From Octopus sinensis (Eukaryota), in NCBI RefSeq assembly GCF_006345805.1, contig NC_043009.1, positions 70,990,001 to 71,054,000 of the forward strand: 64,000 nt of DNA, written 5' to 3'. A model generated the notes under the pieces. The model was not told where the DNA came from. It worked only from the letters and a program-made list of their open reading frames with translations, and did not search any database. Position 1 is the first letter of the stretch; each line of letters opens with the position of its first letter. The position numbers were made by a program, and so were the translations under genes. This document shows, piece by piece, positions 1-13,595 of the stretch.

Positions 1-810
1 AAGAAACAGCTAGATGGTGAATGTTAGCGACTGAATACCATTTAGCTGAGTGGTCATTGTCTCTACGTTGGTGGAGAGGATTTTAGAAAGTGCTCCATCA
101 ACACATGCTGCAATGAGGTGATCAGCTAGACAGCTGCTGATCCAAAGGATGAGATATGGGTAGGCCCAATGGGGAGGACATCTCGATAAGAAATTCACAT
201 GCCATAGGAATTTGAACACCTCGTTGGTATCTAATGCAATAACATTGTTTTACTGAATTTCTACAGCAAGATCCCTCAGGTGAGTGACATAAGAATAGAC
301 CGCCAGTGGATTTGGTTTTTAGAAGCCAGAATGGTGGAAAGAAGGATTCAAAATTTGGAGAACGTTATGGCCAAGGACTGAGATGTTAGAGTTGAAAGCA
401 AATAGGACTAAAGTTAGTTTGCTCAGAGTGGCTACTGCTATGCTTTTCAGGCATGCTTTCAAATGTCAGGATGTAACCACACAGAAAGTGAGAGATTGAA
501 GTACAGACGAGCAAGTACAGACGTGAGGGGTGCAAGATTGTCAGGACAAGTAGTTCTTTAAGCAACTGGGGCTATTTCTTCATCTGGGGTGCCTGTATTT
601 GGGGCGAGCGCTTACTGACGTGAAATAGTATTATTTAGAAGGAACTGGCCAATGATTCTTAGTGTAGAGATAGATTCAAATATGGTACCAAAGAGGGATG
701 CTTTCTCCATGCTTTTCCTTTGGCCTCTTTTGGCAGTTCTTGTGCAGATCATAATTGAATATGCTTCACCAGTTTTTCGATGTTCTAATATCATTTCCTT
801 CACAATCACT
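1..810 (-). mobile_element. Degenerate CR1/L2/Jockey-group LINE, reverse transcriptase region
   Basis: Minus-strand translation across frameshifts and stops gives EKASLFGTIFESISTL, NLAPLTSVLARLYFNLSL and IALDTNEVFKFLWHVNFLS...LILWISSCLADHLIAACVDGALS. These follow the order of RT motifs such as ALDISKAFDRVWH...WISSFLSDRSI.V.VDG. Confidence 0.8.
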
Positions 811-939
811 AATTGCTCGTAGACTCATATTTCCATACGTGCTTCACACTTGTTATGTGTAATGAATGACCTTCAAGTGATTTGTGCTGATAAAAGTAAG
901 CGGTGGTAAAGGAAACGGTTAAAGAAGTTGTGTAAAAAA

Positions 940-1232
940 AAATAGTAGTTATTATCATCATCATCATCACCATCGCCGTCGTCACCGTCGTCATCATCAT
1001 CAGCAGCAGCATCATTACCATCAAATCTGTCTTCCTCTTTATTATTATATATGTACGTGCATATATATATATATGGTGGTGTGTTTACTGGCACATACAT
1101 ATAAATATGCATATTTATAAGAGTAGGTATGTCTGTATAAGAAAGCCTTGCTTCTATGAGAGTGCTGACATATGTATGTGTATGTATACGATAATATGAA
1201 AGAATACATTGCATATGCATAATATATGTATG

Positions 1233-1282
<50 letters not shown>

Positions 1283-2382
1283 GTACGTATGTATGTGTAT
1301 ATATATATATATATGTATAAATGTGCGTGTATATATATATATATATACATATATGTATGTACATGTATATGTATACATATTTATATGTATGTATGTACAT
1401 GTGTATGTATATGTATGTATATAGGTGTATGTGTAAATATATAAATATGTATGCACGTGTGTATACACAGGCACACACACATAAACATATATATAATGAC
1501 GATGATGATTATGTAAACATTGTTTCGGAGTGAGTCATTTTGTTTATTTGTCTATTGGTTTTCTACAGTGATTTTCTTTTATTTGTTTTCGTTCTATTCT
1601 TTTTCTTTTTTTTCTTTTTTGTTCTCTGTATCGATTCTTGTGAGGATAGAAACACTGTGTATATTCATGAAAACTTGTTTTCGCTTCAGTAAACGAACTT
1701 TTATGAAAACTATGCTAACCTTTAGCGCTGACGACAAGCTTCTTCTTTCTTCTTCTTCTTTCTTTCTGTCTTCCCCTTCTTCTTCTTCTTCTTCTTCTTC
1801 TTCTTCTTCTTCTTCTTCTTCTTTCTTCTTCTTCTTCTCCTCCTCCTCCTTCTTCTTCTTCTTTCTTTCTTCCCCTTCTTCTTCTTCTCTTCTTCTTCTT
1901 CTCTTCTTCTTCTTCTTCTTCTTCTTCTTCTTCTCCTCCTCCTCCCCCTCCTCCTCCTCCTTCTTCTTCTTCTTGCATCATATTCTGCTCCACTTTGCCA
2001 TACATCTATTTTATTCCCATACCAATGTTGTTAAATCTTGAAATTTACTTCCAAATCTCTACATGTGACATTGATGTTTATTTTCACTGTCATTGAAAAT
2101 ATTTATTCCTTCTCTTCTCTTCCTATCTTCTCTTCTCCTTCTCCCTCGCTAGTTCCATCTTTGCGTTACTCTGTCTTTTACGCATTTCTCCCTCCTCTCT
2201 CTCTCTCTCTCTCTCTCGCTCTCTCACTCTCTCTCCTTCTCAATCTCTTTCTAGCTCTCTCCTCTTCAACCGCTCTCCCTCTATGCTTTTCTTTATTTCA
2301 GACTCTTACTATTCCCTGCTGTCTTTCACTCGCCCCCCCCTCGTTCTTTTACTAATTCCCTAAGCATGTTTTCCTCCTTTCC

Positions 2383-2426
<44 letters not shown>

Positions 2427-2450
2427 GCTCTCTTTCTCTTCCTCTTTCTC
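940..2450. repeat. Microsatellite cluster: (CAT)n, (TA)n/(TATG)n, (TCT)n/(CCT)n, (CT)n
   Basis: Directly visible simple repeats; they account for the low-complexity ORFs here. Confidence 0.95.
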
Positions 2451-4315
2451 ACTCTATAGATCTATGTCTATTTAATTCCGACAATACAGGTGCACTGAGT
2501 CTCCTAAAACAGAATGTAAATTCTGTTTTGTCTCACCTCATTTCAGGTGTGTGCTGTTAAAACACTTCCAAATAGAATGAATGGCACACAACACACCTAT
2601 TTACCACTGGTGAATCAGTCTTAATGTCTCAATTGTTAGCAAGTTCATTCGAGGAATCACTTCAATATAATCACCATTAGCATCATCAATGTCATCATCA
2701 TCATTGTCATCATCATCCTCTTTAGTATCATCCTTTCATCACTATGATAATCACTACCATAATCTCTCGTAACCTATTTAGATAACATAACTCGCGAAGG
2801 ATGCGTGTGTTTGCTAAGTTATGGAATCTATATAAGCCGTTTGCTGATATTGTTTACGCAAATAGAATTCTAAGCAAGCTCTTCCCACACAAATAACACT
2901 TCACAATATTACAGTTCAATATCTCTCTGTATTTTTATTTTTTAGGAAAATTACTCCCATTACTTAACACATTGTGGTTTCAAGCGACATCACCAGATTA
3001 AGCTAGTGTTCACATATTTAATGCTTAGTTAAATTAGTGTTCACCTGTTTAAATTTTAATTAGTATTGCGTTAATCTATTCAATACAGAGAGTAATGAAA
3101 AGTTATCTCGAAATAACTAGGTAGTCGGGGGAAAATCAATATTAGTTATTGACTAATATTATTGATTCTTTCGGCAAGTACTAGAAACACCTCTGGACAT
3201 ACTTCGAAATTATTCGCCCTCCTCAGTGAAATATTGACTTGGTCGGACATTCCGAGGTAATAAGTAGGGGATCAGTAAGCAAATGTTGGCATAGAAACCC
3301 AGAAAAGTTGAGATAGTAGATTACTCTCAGACACGATTCGTACACAGAAAGATACTTAAGTTAGTTTTATCATATTAATAGTTGATAGTGTAGCATACTT
3401 TGCATGAAGCATTCTCAGATATATGTTTATATATAAATGATTTTAATTACTTTTTATTCAGCCAAAATATTATAAGAAATAATACTGGGCGACGGTCTAT
3501 TGTTTTACCTTGAATTCCAAAATTTTATTGCCTTGAATTTATAAAGAAAATTAATCTTAAGATCATATTTAAAATCAGAAACATCGACTAAGCAACTAAT
3601 AAAATTATGCATCGAAGTAAAAGTTATTTGTTAATGATTATTAATATTTCGGTTATTTTGCAAGTAGGGGATACAACCGTAGACATGTTTTAGACTTATT
3701 GCTCATTTCAATGTGTTTGGCAAACCACATGGGACATCTGATGTGGGTTTTAAGCAAGCTAGCTGTTATAAAACGACTACCATTTTTTTTTTATTTTTGT
3801 AAGTAATTAGATCCATGTCAACCATGATAAGAAAATATTAATTGATGTTCCATACAGGACAACCACACATTTCTTATTTTGTTTGACGTAGCATATCTAC
3901 CATTACGTTATACATAGAAATCTTCCTTTCCAAGATGTAAAAGTTTGGGATTTGTCGTAGGATTGGCTGTTATATCTTGCAGGTCCGAACAAGCTAATAG
4001 AGAATTACTTGTTACTTCAATGAGTGAACGTAACTTTTAAACTCGTTATAGTGTAAAACAACAATTATTATGCTCCATCGTTATATATATATATGTAATC
4101 ATATTTTTTAGGAGCCAGAAGAAACGGAAAGAACATCACTGCACTGGCTAAGAACACCATACTCTGGCGGTGAAAGAGGCTTTTTCTCTTAAAAGTGAAA
4201 AGATCAGTTTGGAATTCATGTTATTGTATTCAAATGCTGAAGTCAGACAGGTTAGAATATTGTAAACGAAGGGAGATGTGGAGAGGCAAAGACAGAGGGA
4301 ACGAGAGAAAGAAAG

Positions 4316-4450
4316 CATTAAGAGAGGGAGAGAAAGAAGGAAAGAAAACATTAAGAGGGGAGAGAAAGAAAAAACATTAAGAGAGGAGAGAAAGAAGGAA
4401 AGAAAACATTAAGAGGGGAGAGAAAGAAAAAACATTAAGAGAGGGAGAGA
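4316..4450. repeat. Purine-rich minisatellite with alternating 33/26-bp units
   Basis: CATTAAGAG recurs at 4316, 4349, 4375, 4407 and 4433 (spacings 33, 26, 32, 26). Confidence 0.85.
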
Positions 4451-4804
4451 GAGAGAGGTAGGAGGACTGTATAAAGAATGAAAGATGAAGGCGCTGCAGA
4501 TTTTATGGATAAAGTAAAGAAGTGAGGCTTCACGCCTTTGCAAGGTCAAGAATTCTCGTATTGCTTATTTGTCTGTTCAACCACGAACACACCAATGTCA
4601 TCTACGAACTCTATACAAGAAACCCAGGGAAGTTTCAGACGTCGGCAGACGAATACGTTGGAACGTATCTTTTAAGAATCAATGAATTCATCCTTAGATA
4701 CAAAACACCCGTGTTTATTTATAAACGTATTTCCCCTGCAATACAGATATACAAGTTTTTCGGTTGACAAACGCTCGGAAATTCCTTCATTTGTAACCAC
4801 AACA

Positions 4805-5010
4805 GGAATTCCTCTCAACACATGGTTATGACGCTCCTCTACTAGTTCTACTCGCGATCAGAGATGCACATGTCGTTATCCACTAAGGGACATGCTCAAC
4901 TTGTTACAGTCAAACAACTGACAAGCAAATCTGTGGTATTGAGCAGAATATTTGCTGTAACCCATCTTTTATACCAAGACAAACTAATGTACATGATAGC
5001 ACTTCCAATC
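4805..5010 (-). mobile_element. Fragment of a dispersed repeat, same family as 19878-20362
   Basis: Closely similar to about 20185-20360 (shared block ...CAACTGACAAGCAAATCTGTGGTATTGAGCAGAATATTTGCTGTA...CCATCTTTTATACCAAGACAAAAC). Strand inferred from the longer copy. Confidence 0.8.
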
Positions 5011-5019
5011 ATTATTAAT

Positions 5020-5402
<383 letters not shown>

Positions 5403-5404
5403 TT

Positions 5405-7117
5405 ATTTGGTGAAAACGCTCAGCTTATTTTGCTGAGAGTTTTTTTTTGTGTTCAAGGCCCTTTTGACTTTGAAAACCCCGTTAAACAGTTAAAAGAGTG
5501 CAAGTTTTCATTAATTGTTGATGGAACTACTGATGTAAATACAAAAGAAAAAAGGTTTGTTCTGCTAGCAAGATTTTTATGATTGTAACACTCAAAACAA
5601 ATTATTGATAATTATTTAATTCTTTTGGAATTTTGTCCTCTATTGAAAGATTCTTCACCTTACATGATATTCCTTTTGAAAATTTGATAGGCTTTGCCAG
5701 TGACAATGCTAGAGTAATGATGGGACAGAAGGGAGGTGTGCAGGCATCACTAAAGAACAAAGTTCCCTCTCCCTTTATTCAGGGTCGCGTCAGTCACTCT
5801 ATGCATATCTGTGCATCAAAGCATGTTCAGAATTACCTTCATATTTAGAAGAACTTGCTAGAAGCATATATTCATTCCTCTCAAATAGCCCAAAGAGACT
5901 GCAGTAACATGAAGAATTTCAGGCATTTACTCAAATAAATCTTCATAAATTATTACATATAAGTTGCAATACTAGAACTACTACTACTGCTGTTATTGAA
6001 GATAACAACAGTGCACCGTCAGATATGCTGAACCCATTAACAAATCCAATCACAGAGATGTATTATGCATTTTTAGCATATATTTTGCCAGATATTATTA
6101 AGTTGAACTTATATTTCCAATCAGAAAGCTATAGAATGCACAAACTACACAAATCTATTACATGTACTGTTAAGGGAATACTGGCAATTATGTTAAAAAA
6201 GAAATTGTGAACAAAATAAGAGCTACAAGAAATTAACATCAATGATGCATCAATGTATCTGCCCATAACTGAAATTTAGAGAGGAGCAAAAGTTGAAAGC
6301 ATCTACAAGAAGAAAGCTTCATCTATTAATACAATTGAACTGAAAGAATTTCATGTAAAAACATTTAATGTTTATGTGCGTCTTGGGAAGGGATTTTTCA
6401 GCGTTTCTTCCGTAATCTGAAGTTTCTAGAGGTACTAGACTCAGTTAGTAATCGTGACTGCAATGGTCCGAGTTCAATTGTTCCTCTGGCATGCGAATTT
6501 CCAAATATTGTTCAGGAGAGTCAGGATGAAACTCTTAGTAAGGAATGGAGAGAACTTAAACTTCAAGATAACAATGACATGACTGAAACTACCAAACCAA
6601 AAGATTATTGGTATAAAATCTCTGAGGAAAAATGTGGAAATGGAGCTCTTTACCCGGTGTCATCATGCTTTATGTTTCAGCTCCTATCGTTACCACATTC
6701 TTCCGCTGAGAGAATATTTTCAGTTCTAAATAACATCAAAGTCAAGAATAGTTCTAACTGCATACGAAAACAATTAATGCTCGGCTACATTCAAAAAGTC
6801 TTCATGATGTAAACTGCACAATTTATACACCCGACGCAGAGCTTTGTGCTAAATTAAAAGACGGACAAGGACATTGGTACAAAGAAGAACCTCACCCTGT
6901 TGACGATGCAACATCCTGATTATAAAATAAATATATTAAATATGTGTAGGTCCCTTTAAAATAAAGCCCTGTATATTATAAATAATATATATTAAGTATT
7001 TCACTTGATTTATAGGCGAAATATTAAAATTTTAAATTTTGGTACACTTTGAGCAAAATTTGGTACGTTTATTTTGCTAAATCTGGTACTTTCATCAAAA
7101 TACATTTGACAAGCCTG
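5405..7117 (+). mobile_element. hAT-superfamily DNA transposon, disrupted transposase with 3' terminus
   Basis: Fragments in order: FSLIVDGTTDV (first catalytic D region), LIGFASDNARVMMGQKGGVQ...SHSMHICAS (second D and CxxH-like), LLSLPHSSAERIFSVLNNIK (C-terminal dimerisation region). Many stops and frameshifts. Ends in ...TACATTTGACAAGCCTG (reverse complement CAGGCTTGTCAAATGTA), a hAT-like CAG terminus. Confidence 0.9.
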
Positions 7118-7261
7118 TATCAGACCCGTGGTTTAATCAAAAGGATCCTTTTGTACATCAGGATCGTAAAAATATTTTACTTAATCTGATACGCAAGAAC
7201 TAAGCGCAACTGACATGTAAAACATACAATTTATTAGGTGGGAATTTATAAGTGACACTTT

Positions 7262-7292
7262 GGCATACATACATACTTACATACATACATAC

Positions 7293-7323
<31 letters not shown>

Positions 7324-8125
7324 CATACATACATACATTCATAAATACATACATGCATACATACATACATACATACATACATGCATACATACATACATAC
7401 ATACATACATACATACATACATACATACATACATACATACATTCATAAATACATACACACATACGTACATGCATACATACATACATACATACATACATAC
7501 ATACATACATACATACATACATACATGCATACATACATACATACATTCATAAATACATACACACATACGTACATGCATACATACATACATACATACATAC
7601 ATACATACATACATACATACATACATACATGCATACATACATAAATACATACATGCATACATACATACATACATACATACATACATTCATAAATACATAC
7701 ATGCATACATACATACATACATACATACATACATACATGCATACATACATACATACATACATACATACATACATGCATACATACATACATTCATACATAC
7801 ATACATACATACATACATACATACATGCATACATACATACATACATACATACCTACATGCATACATACATACATACATGCATACATGCATACATACATAC
7901 ATACATGCATACATGCATACATACATACATACATACATACATACATACTTACATTCATAAATACATACATGCATACATACATACATACATACATACATAC
8001 ATACATACATGCATACATACATACATGCATACATACATACATGCATACATACATACATACATACATACATACATACATACATGCATACATACATACATAC
8101 ATGCACACATACATACATACATACA
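7262..8125. repeat. ~860-bp (CATA)n tetranucleotide array with variant units
   Basis: Directly visible; followed by (GGA)n at about 8150-8195. Confidence 0.98.
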
Positions 8126-9174
8126 TATACCCACAGAAATGAGAGAGAGTGGAGGAGGAGGAGAAGGAGGAGGAGGAGGAGGAGGAGGAGGAGCAAGAAG
8201 AGAAATAATGTAAGGCTTTCTAGTTGCTATCTGTTCCAACTTCCAGTGCGCATCTGGGATTGATTTTCCAAAATGTGCCAGTCGTTTACAAATACCGAGG
8301 TGTCATATGAGTGAGACTTTGGTCGTTACTTTCAGCAAGTCAAGCGACTACATAAAGACTTCCTCGTTGATTCGAGATAAGGTTTTATTTAGTCATAGAC
8401 AGCGGGAACAACACTAAAAATAAATGTTCGTCTATTACTTGTCTGGCCGCTTAAATTATTAGAGGACTTAAATAAATGTATTGTTTTAGACATATATAAA
8501 TGCATAGAATCTGTATTCTTTGCCAATAATATTAAATTAAAGAAATATAATAAAAAAAGCAACTATCGATGATTTGATAATGGCTCAGTAAGAATTATCA
8601 ATAAAAAAAATAAGTGATGGCGAAATAAATGACAGACTCAATATTATTTATTGATTTAAGTATTTTAGGAGAGAATGGATGAGAAAGCGCGGTGGGGAGA
8701 GAGGAAGAGTGGAGAGTATGGAGTGTGAGGGATAGATAAAGAGATTGATATAACATAAATACCTATTTACAGTTGATAAACATTCCGATATTAACCGTTC
8801 ATTGTCCTTGGATTTATACAACAAGTTGACTAATCTAGAGATAGAAATTAAGATATGACCGAAGCAAAAAAATCATCTACACGCACACGCACGCACGCAC
8901 ACACACACAAGCACACACACACAAACACACAGCCACAAATACACACACACACACACACACACACACAACACGTGATGTGATGTGAATGGGAATACATAAT
9001 GTACAGTTTTGATATCATTGCCAATATATATATATATATATATAATTTTTTTGTTTAGTTTTTGAAAAGTAGCTTCATACATATTTATTTATGTTGTATA
9101 AAAAATATTACTTTCCGTTGTTATAACCAGAACTGCATAGGTTGAAACCTAAGTATTGTATCCTTCGATTAGTT

Positions 9175-9370
9175 TCGAATTTTGGCACAAGGACAGAAAT
9201 TTCGGTGGGAAGGGCTAAGTCGATTACGTCGACTCCAGTGCTCAACTGGTACTTATTTTATCGACCTCGAAAGGCAAAGTTGACCTCAGCAGAATTTGAA
9301 CTCAGAACATAAAGTCGGAAGAAGCGCTGCTTGGTATATCGGCCGGCGTGGTAACCATTCTATCGCCTTG
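9175..9370 (-). mobile_element. tRNA-derived SINE, family A
   Basis: Reverse complement contains a B-box-like GAGTTCAAATTC followed by GAGGTCAACTTTGCCTTTCGAGGTCGATAAAATAAGTACCAG; same block as 26605-26810, 34965-35172 and 36745-36920. Confidence 0.8.
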
Positions 9371-9639
9371 ACTGTTTCTTTATATTGCCAATGTGGTCGC
9401 ACCGCGCTTGTAGACGCTTAGCATATTGTATTCTCACAAATGACCATGAGGATCTAGATATTTTCGGTTCCAAATCTATGATGGAAAGTTCCTAAATTCT
9501 AAGAGGACTTCGAGCTGTGATAGTAATATCTACCATCAAAAGGAATATAAATGTAATTTTACCTGCTTCATATTCGGGGCACTCAATAAGCATACTGGGA
9601 GTAAAAACTCTAGAACACATAGGAAATGATATATACCAA

Positions 9640-11800
9640 TAACACTGCAAGTGGTTTTGCATCAGATTTTAGCAAGTTGAAGTCCACGTAAGGAGTAGTG
9701 ATCAACATTGCTGACATAGACGGAGAAGATAGGAGGATAATATCAGATTTCTTGGATGAAGCCTGCAACGAATTACTCAAGAAGCAACGATTTATCACAC
9801 CACCGTCCGTTTACACTGGTTTGTTATACCCGACAGAATTCTTGGCTTTCAAAACTGTCTGAATGCTATCAAATCTGAATTTCCTCGAGGCCCTGTCGAT
9901 GTCGTAGTAGGCCATCTGAAACACTTGATCAAAAACATAATGGATCAGGTACAATACAATTTAACATCTTACTTGCGGAATGGCTGTGACGCGTTCTATT
10001 CTGGGACGCTGTGTACGTGCGTAAACAGGGCGATATATTAAGACCCATCTCTGTAGGTAAAACAGACGACTAGTAACCTAAATTCTAATTCAAAATATCA
10101 AAACTAAACTTCCGACTAAATTACTAAACCAAATCAGCTGGGCTTTGCCAGGGAATATCGGAAGTAGGCAGCCTTACACGCTGTTAGACATTGTCTGAAC
10201 GATTGACAGTAATCCGATGGAATAGTAGATACGATATATTCTGTCGATAAGATAGTATGATATCAGATATATATCACATGCCTAGATAATCATATGCTCT
10301 CCTTCGAGCCTTGTTTTATGTCAACCGTATTGTAATCATCGGCAACTGCACTTTGATAAGAGAGCACATGAAGATCACTTCAGGTTTTGTTTTTGGTATT
10401 AATGTAAAAGTTTAAATGTATACAAGTCTCTCTCAGTGATTGGAAGTTGGACGAAAGCAATATCGATAGTTTATCCTCTATCATCACTGATTGCTTGGCC
10501 GAAGCTACTCCAGCGTTAACCAAACTTCACAAAGTAGTAAAACCACACGTATCTCAACTGGTCTTCATTTTGAGTACAACAGAGGTAAAGGAAATTCAAC
10601 GTCATCTCGATCCCTTTCTGTCCGATGTCTGCATAATGCCGACAAAGTCCTTGACATTTCTTGATACCCAATGCAGTACTCTGGAGGTAGTCGCAATGTC
10701 AAAAAGAAGAAGGAATAACACGAATGATTTAGGAACTGAAATATCCGAACTCACATCCAACACAGATTCATCATCTATAGAACTTTTTTGTGATACTTCC
10801 AAATAATCTAATAACTGCATTGATTACCTCCCCTGTCACTCATCAATCGGCAGACATATTCCAATAATACTTTCAACGAGACTAAGTCCTCGTATAAATA
10901 AAAAGTAGCAAACCTAACAAACAGGAGATGCTATGACTCTCGACTGCCAGCAAATATCTCATCAAGGCAGGCGACAATTGCGTTGAGAGGATCATTTTTA
11001 ATACTTCCAGATACTCCTCATGCGTAGACCACATTCAGTATGTTTACAAATAGTTGACAACCTGTTTTGTGTTTAAACTATAGTAGACATCGAAGAGAAG
11101 TAACGAAATTGGAATTCAGTGACATAGAGCGAGTCTTTGAAGACGTAAAAGTCAGTATAAACTTGCAAGACTGTCCCCCTGCACTTCCGCTGCGGAGTTT
11201 TCCTTGACTGAACTGCCTTCTTGAATCGAGCCAGAATTGTAGCAATGGAGACAATGTCGCAATCGCAGCTCGCGAATGTCGTTGTAAAAGTATGATGAAG
11301 AGTTGAATCTAAAAGAATATCATCGCTTACTATACTTTTTCATTTCCAGACATCACTGACACACAGGAAATGGGAAAACTCTTAAGTACGGCTCGTGTGT
11401 CTGTGGAAGAGAGGCTGGAGACACGATTCGGTGGCGACAATTTCGCTGACTATGACATCTCAGTTATTACAGGAAATCTATCAAATACGCCGATGAGGAC
11501 CAATGATCTGAGGCGGCGCAAACATACTTTGCTGCTCCACATTTATATATTTCAGCCGGTGGAAATGGAAACAAATGGTTTTGCACACAACCCTCGGGGC
11601 ACAATATAATTTAAGTAATAGATGGAATGGCACGTACTTATTGGCTGTGGCAACGAATTGGGTTCATAGTTTGTTTGTTTTTTCCGCATCACGCCTGTTT
11701 GATAGGATAACAGTTCTAAATCAAAGCAAGAGTAAAACAGAAGTTGTCAGGCCTCTCTACCATCAGAACAATGTGATGGGTGGAAGTTTCCCGTTCGTGT
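9640..11800 (+). pseudogene. Highly eroded protein-coding relic, possibly one or two hAT (ZBED-like) transposase fragments
   Basis: Non-repetitive open stretches with weak hAT-like motifs: LHWFVIPDRILGFQ (~9810-9850), DWKL...LAEAT...SLTFLDTQ (10438-10806), LSTASKYL...VERIIF (10937-10999), RFGGDNFAD...VITGNLSN (~11425-11485) and SNRWNGTYLL (~11612-11640). Matched by eye only, and motif order does not fit one element. Confidence 0.35.
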
Positions 11801-11885
11801 TTTAAGCTTGTATTAATGGCATTCAACAATGTCCCCGCCATTGCTGGCCGACTTTTACCTGCTCCGGTGGATATATTTCCGTATA

Positions 11886-12212
11886 GTGAAGGCGTATGTC
11901 TTACTGGTTAGAGCGTCAGCATACCATTGTGAGGTTGTGAGTTCAATTCCTGAACCTGGTTTTGTATCGTGTTCTTCAGCAAGGCATTTTATTCCCCGTT
12001 GCTCCAGTTCAATCAGTTGCAGAAATGAGTTGCGTCGTCACTGGTGCCAATCTGTTTCAGCCTTTGGAAAATATCGGTGACGTGGGGAGAGGAGAGATTG
12101 GGGTGCATGGTCGACTGGTGGTCTTCCACAAACAAACTTGCCAGGCATGTGCCTCACAGGGGCTTTTTCTAGGGGCAAACCTATGGTCATTCGTGACAGA
12201 AGGGGGCCTAAG
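11886..12212 (+). mobile_element. tRNA-derived SINE with CORE-like block, diverged
   Basis: A-box-like TACTGGTTAGAGCG, B-box-like GAGTTCAATTCC, then TGTTCTTCAGCAAGGCATTTTATTCCCCGTTGCTCCAGT, similar to 49418-49664. Confidence 0.7.
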
Positions 12213-12327
12213 AGATGCTTTCTCGAGAGAATACTACAATTTAGAAGGGTTTTAACGAGTATTATATACAGATTGCTAACTCTAACGATGTTACCGTCAC
12301 TCATAACAAACATATGTGTATGTGTGC

Positions 12328-12378
<51 letters not shown>

Positions 12379-12480
12379 CATACATACATACATACATACA
12401 TACATACATACATACATACATACATACATACATACATACATACATACATACACAATTATATATGCTTATGTATGTATATA

Positions 12481-12551
<71 letters not shown>

Positions 12552-12777
12552 CCTATATATAAACATATATTTACATACATGTGTGTGTGTGTGTGTGTGT
12601 ATGTACATGTGAGGGGTGATGGTTCGTGTTCACTGACTGTTCGATTAATACAAAGCATTCTCTCTGGTGAAATTTTATTTCCGAAATAATAACTATTTTT
12701 ATTTCCTTGTTTTTCTTTTTTTCTGTTTCGTAATATTGAACTCGAACTATTATTTTTATCATTAATGATCTATTAAT

Positions 12778-12812
<35 letters not shown>

Positions 12813-13516
12813 GTTGTTGTTGTTGTTGTTGTTGTTGTTAATATATCGTAGCGAAACATTAATCCGTTTTGCTCCTGAAACTTGAATGAATTTACTTAAC
12901 TTCCCATTAATTTCTGAATCACAGACTTTATTAATTTTTTTTTTCTTCCTTTTTAGCTAGAAAGAAAACAATAATTATATTCCCTGGAGCAATGAAAACA
13001 TTCGAAGAAAACTTCCTGAATTTTATGAAATATCATATCCCTCGCAACTAAGGCAAAACCGTTGGCATTTTCTTTTAACAGTGAGGTACATTAACGGGCG
13101 CAGACATTTATATTCTTAACGATCGCGGCGCTTTGAGCCCACCAGAAATTGTTTTCGACAGAATCTTCTTTTCTTTTTTTTTTTTTTGAGTAAAGGAACA
13201 TTCCTGCTCTTGTTGGTTTGATTTTATTCTTTGCCCAGTTTATTGCCAACAAAGAGCTTTTGGGTCTTTTTAAATATAATCCAAATTTATGCAAGCATTC
13301 TGGTCACATCGATGGACTGAGACTAATTTCCATTCTTTCACCATCGTGGGAGTTTCTAATAATTCATGATTGCAGCTTGTTTTTGTCGGTAAACTTAATG
13401 AAATTAGTGGGAAGAAAATGACAATTTCTGCCGTCCAGGTGTTTGCTGCCTCCTTGCTTCCTAAAATATATATTCACGCAAATACTCACTTACATACACC
13501 CATATATATAGAGAGA

Positions 13517-13595
<79 letters not shown>

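Noticed and set aside
7262-8125. CATA array or other repeats as a CRISPR array
   Set aside because: No constant repeat with unique spacers, no cas genes, eukaryotic context.
11350-11609. SEA-domain exon
   Set aside because: Only superficial similarity; no GSV motif or partner exons, and hAT-like motifs fit at least as well.
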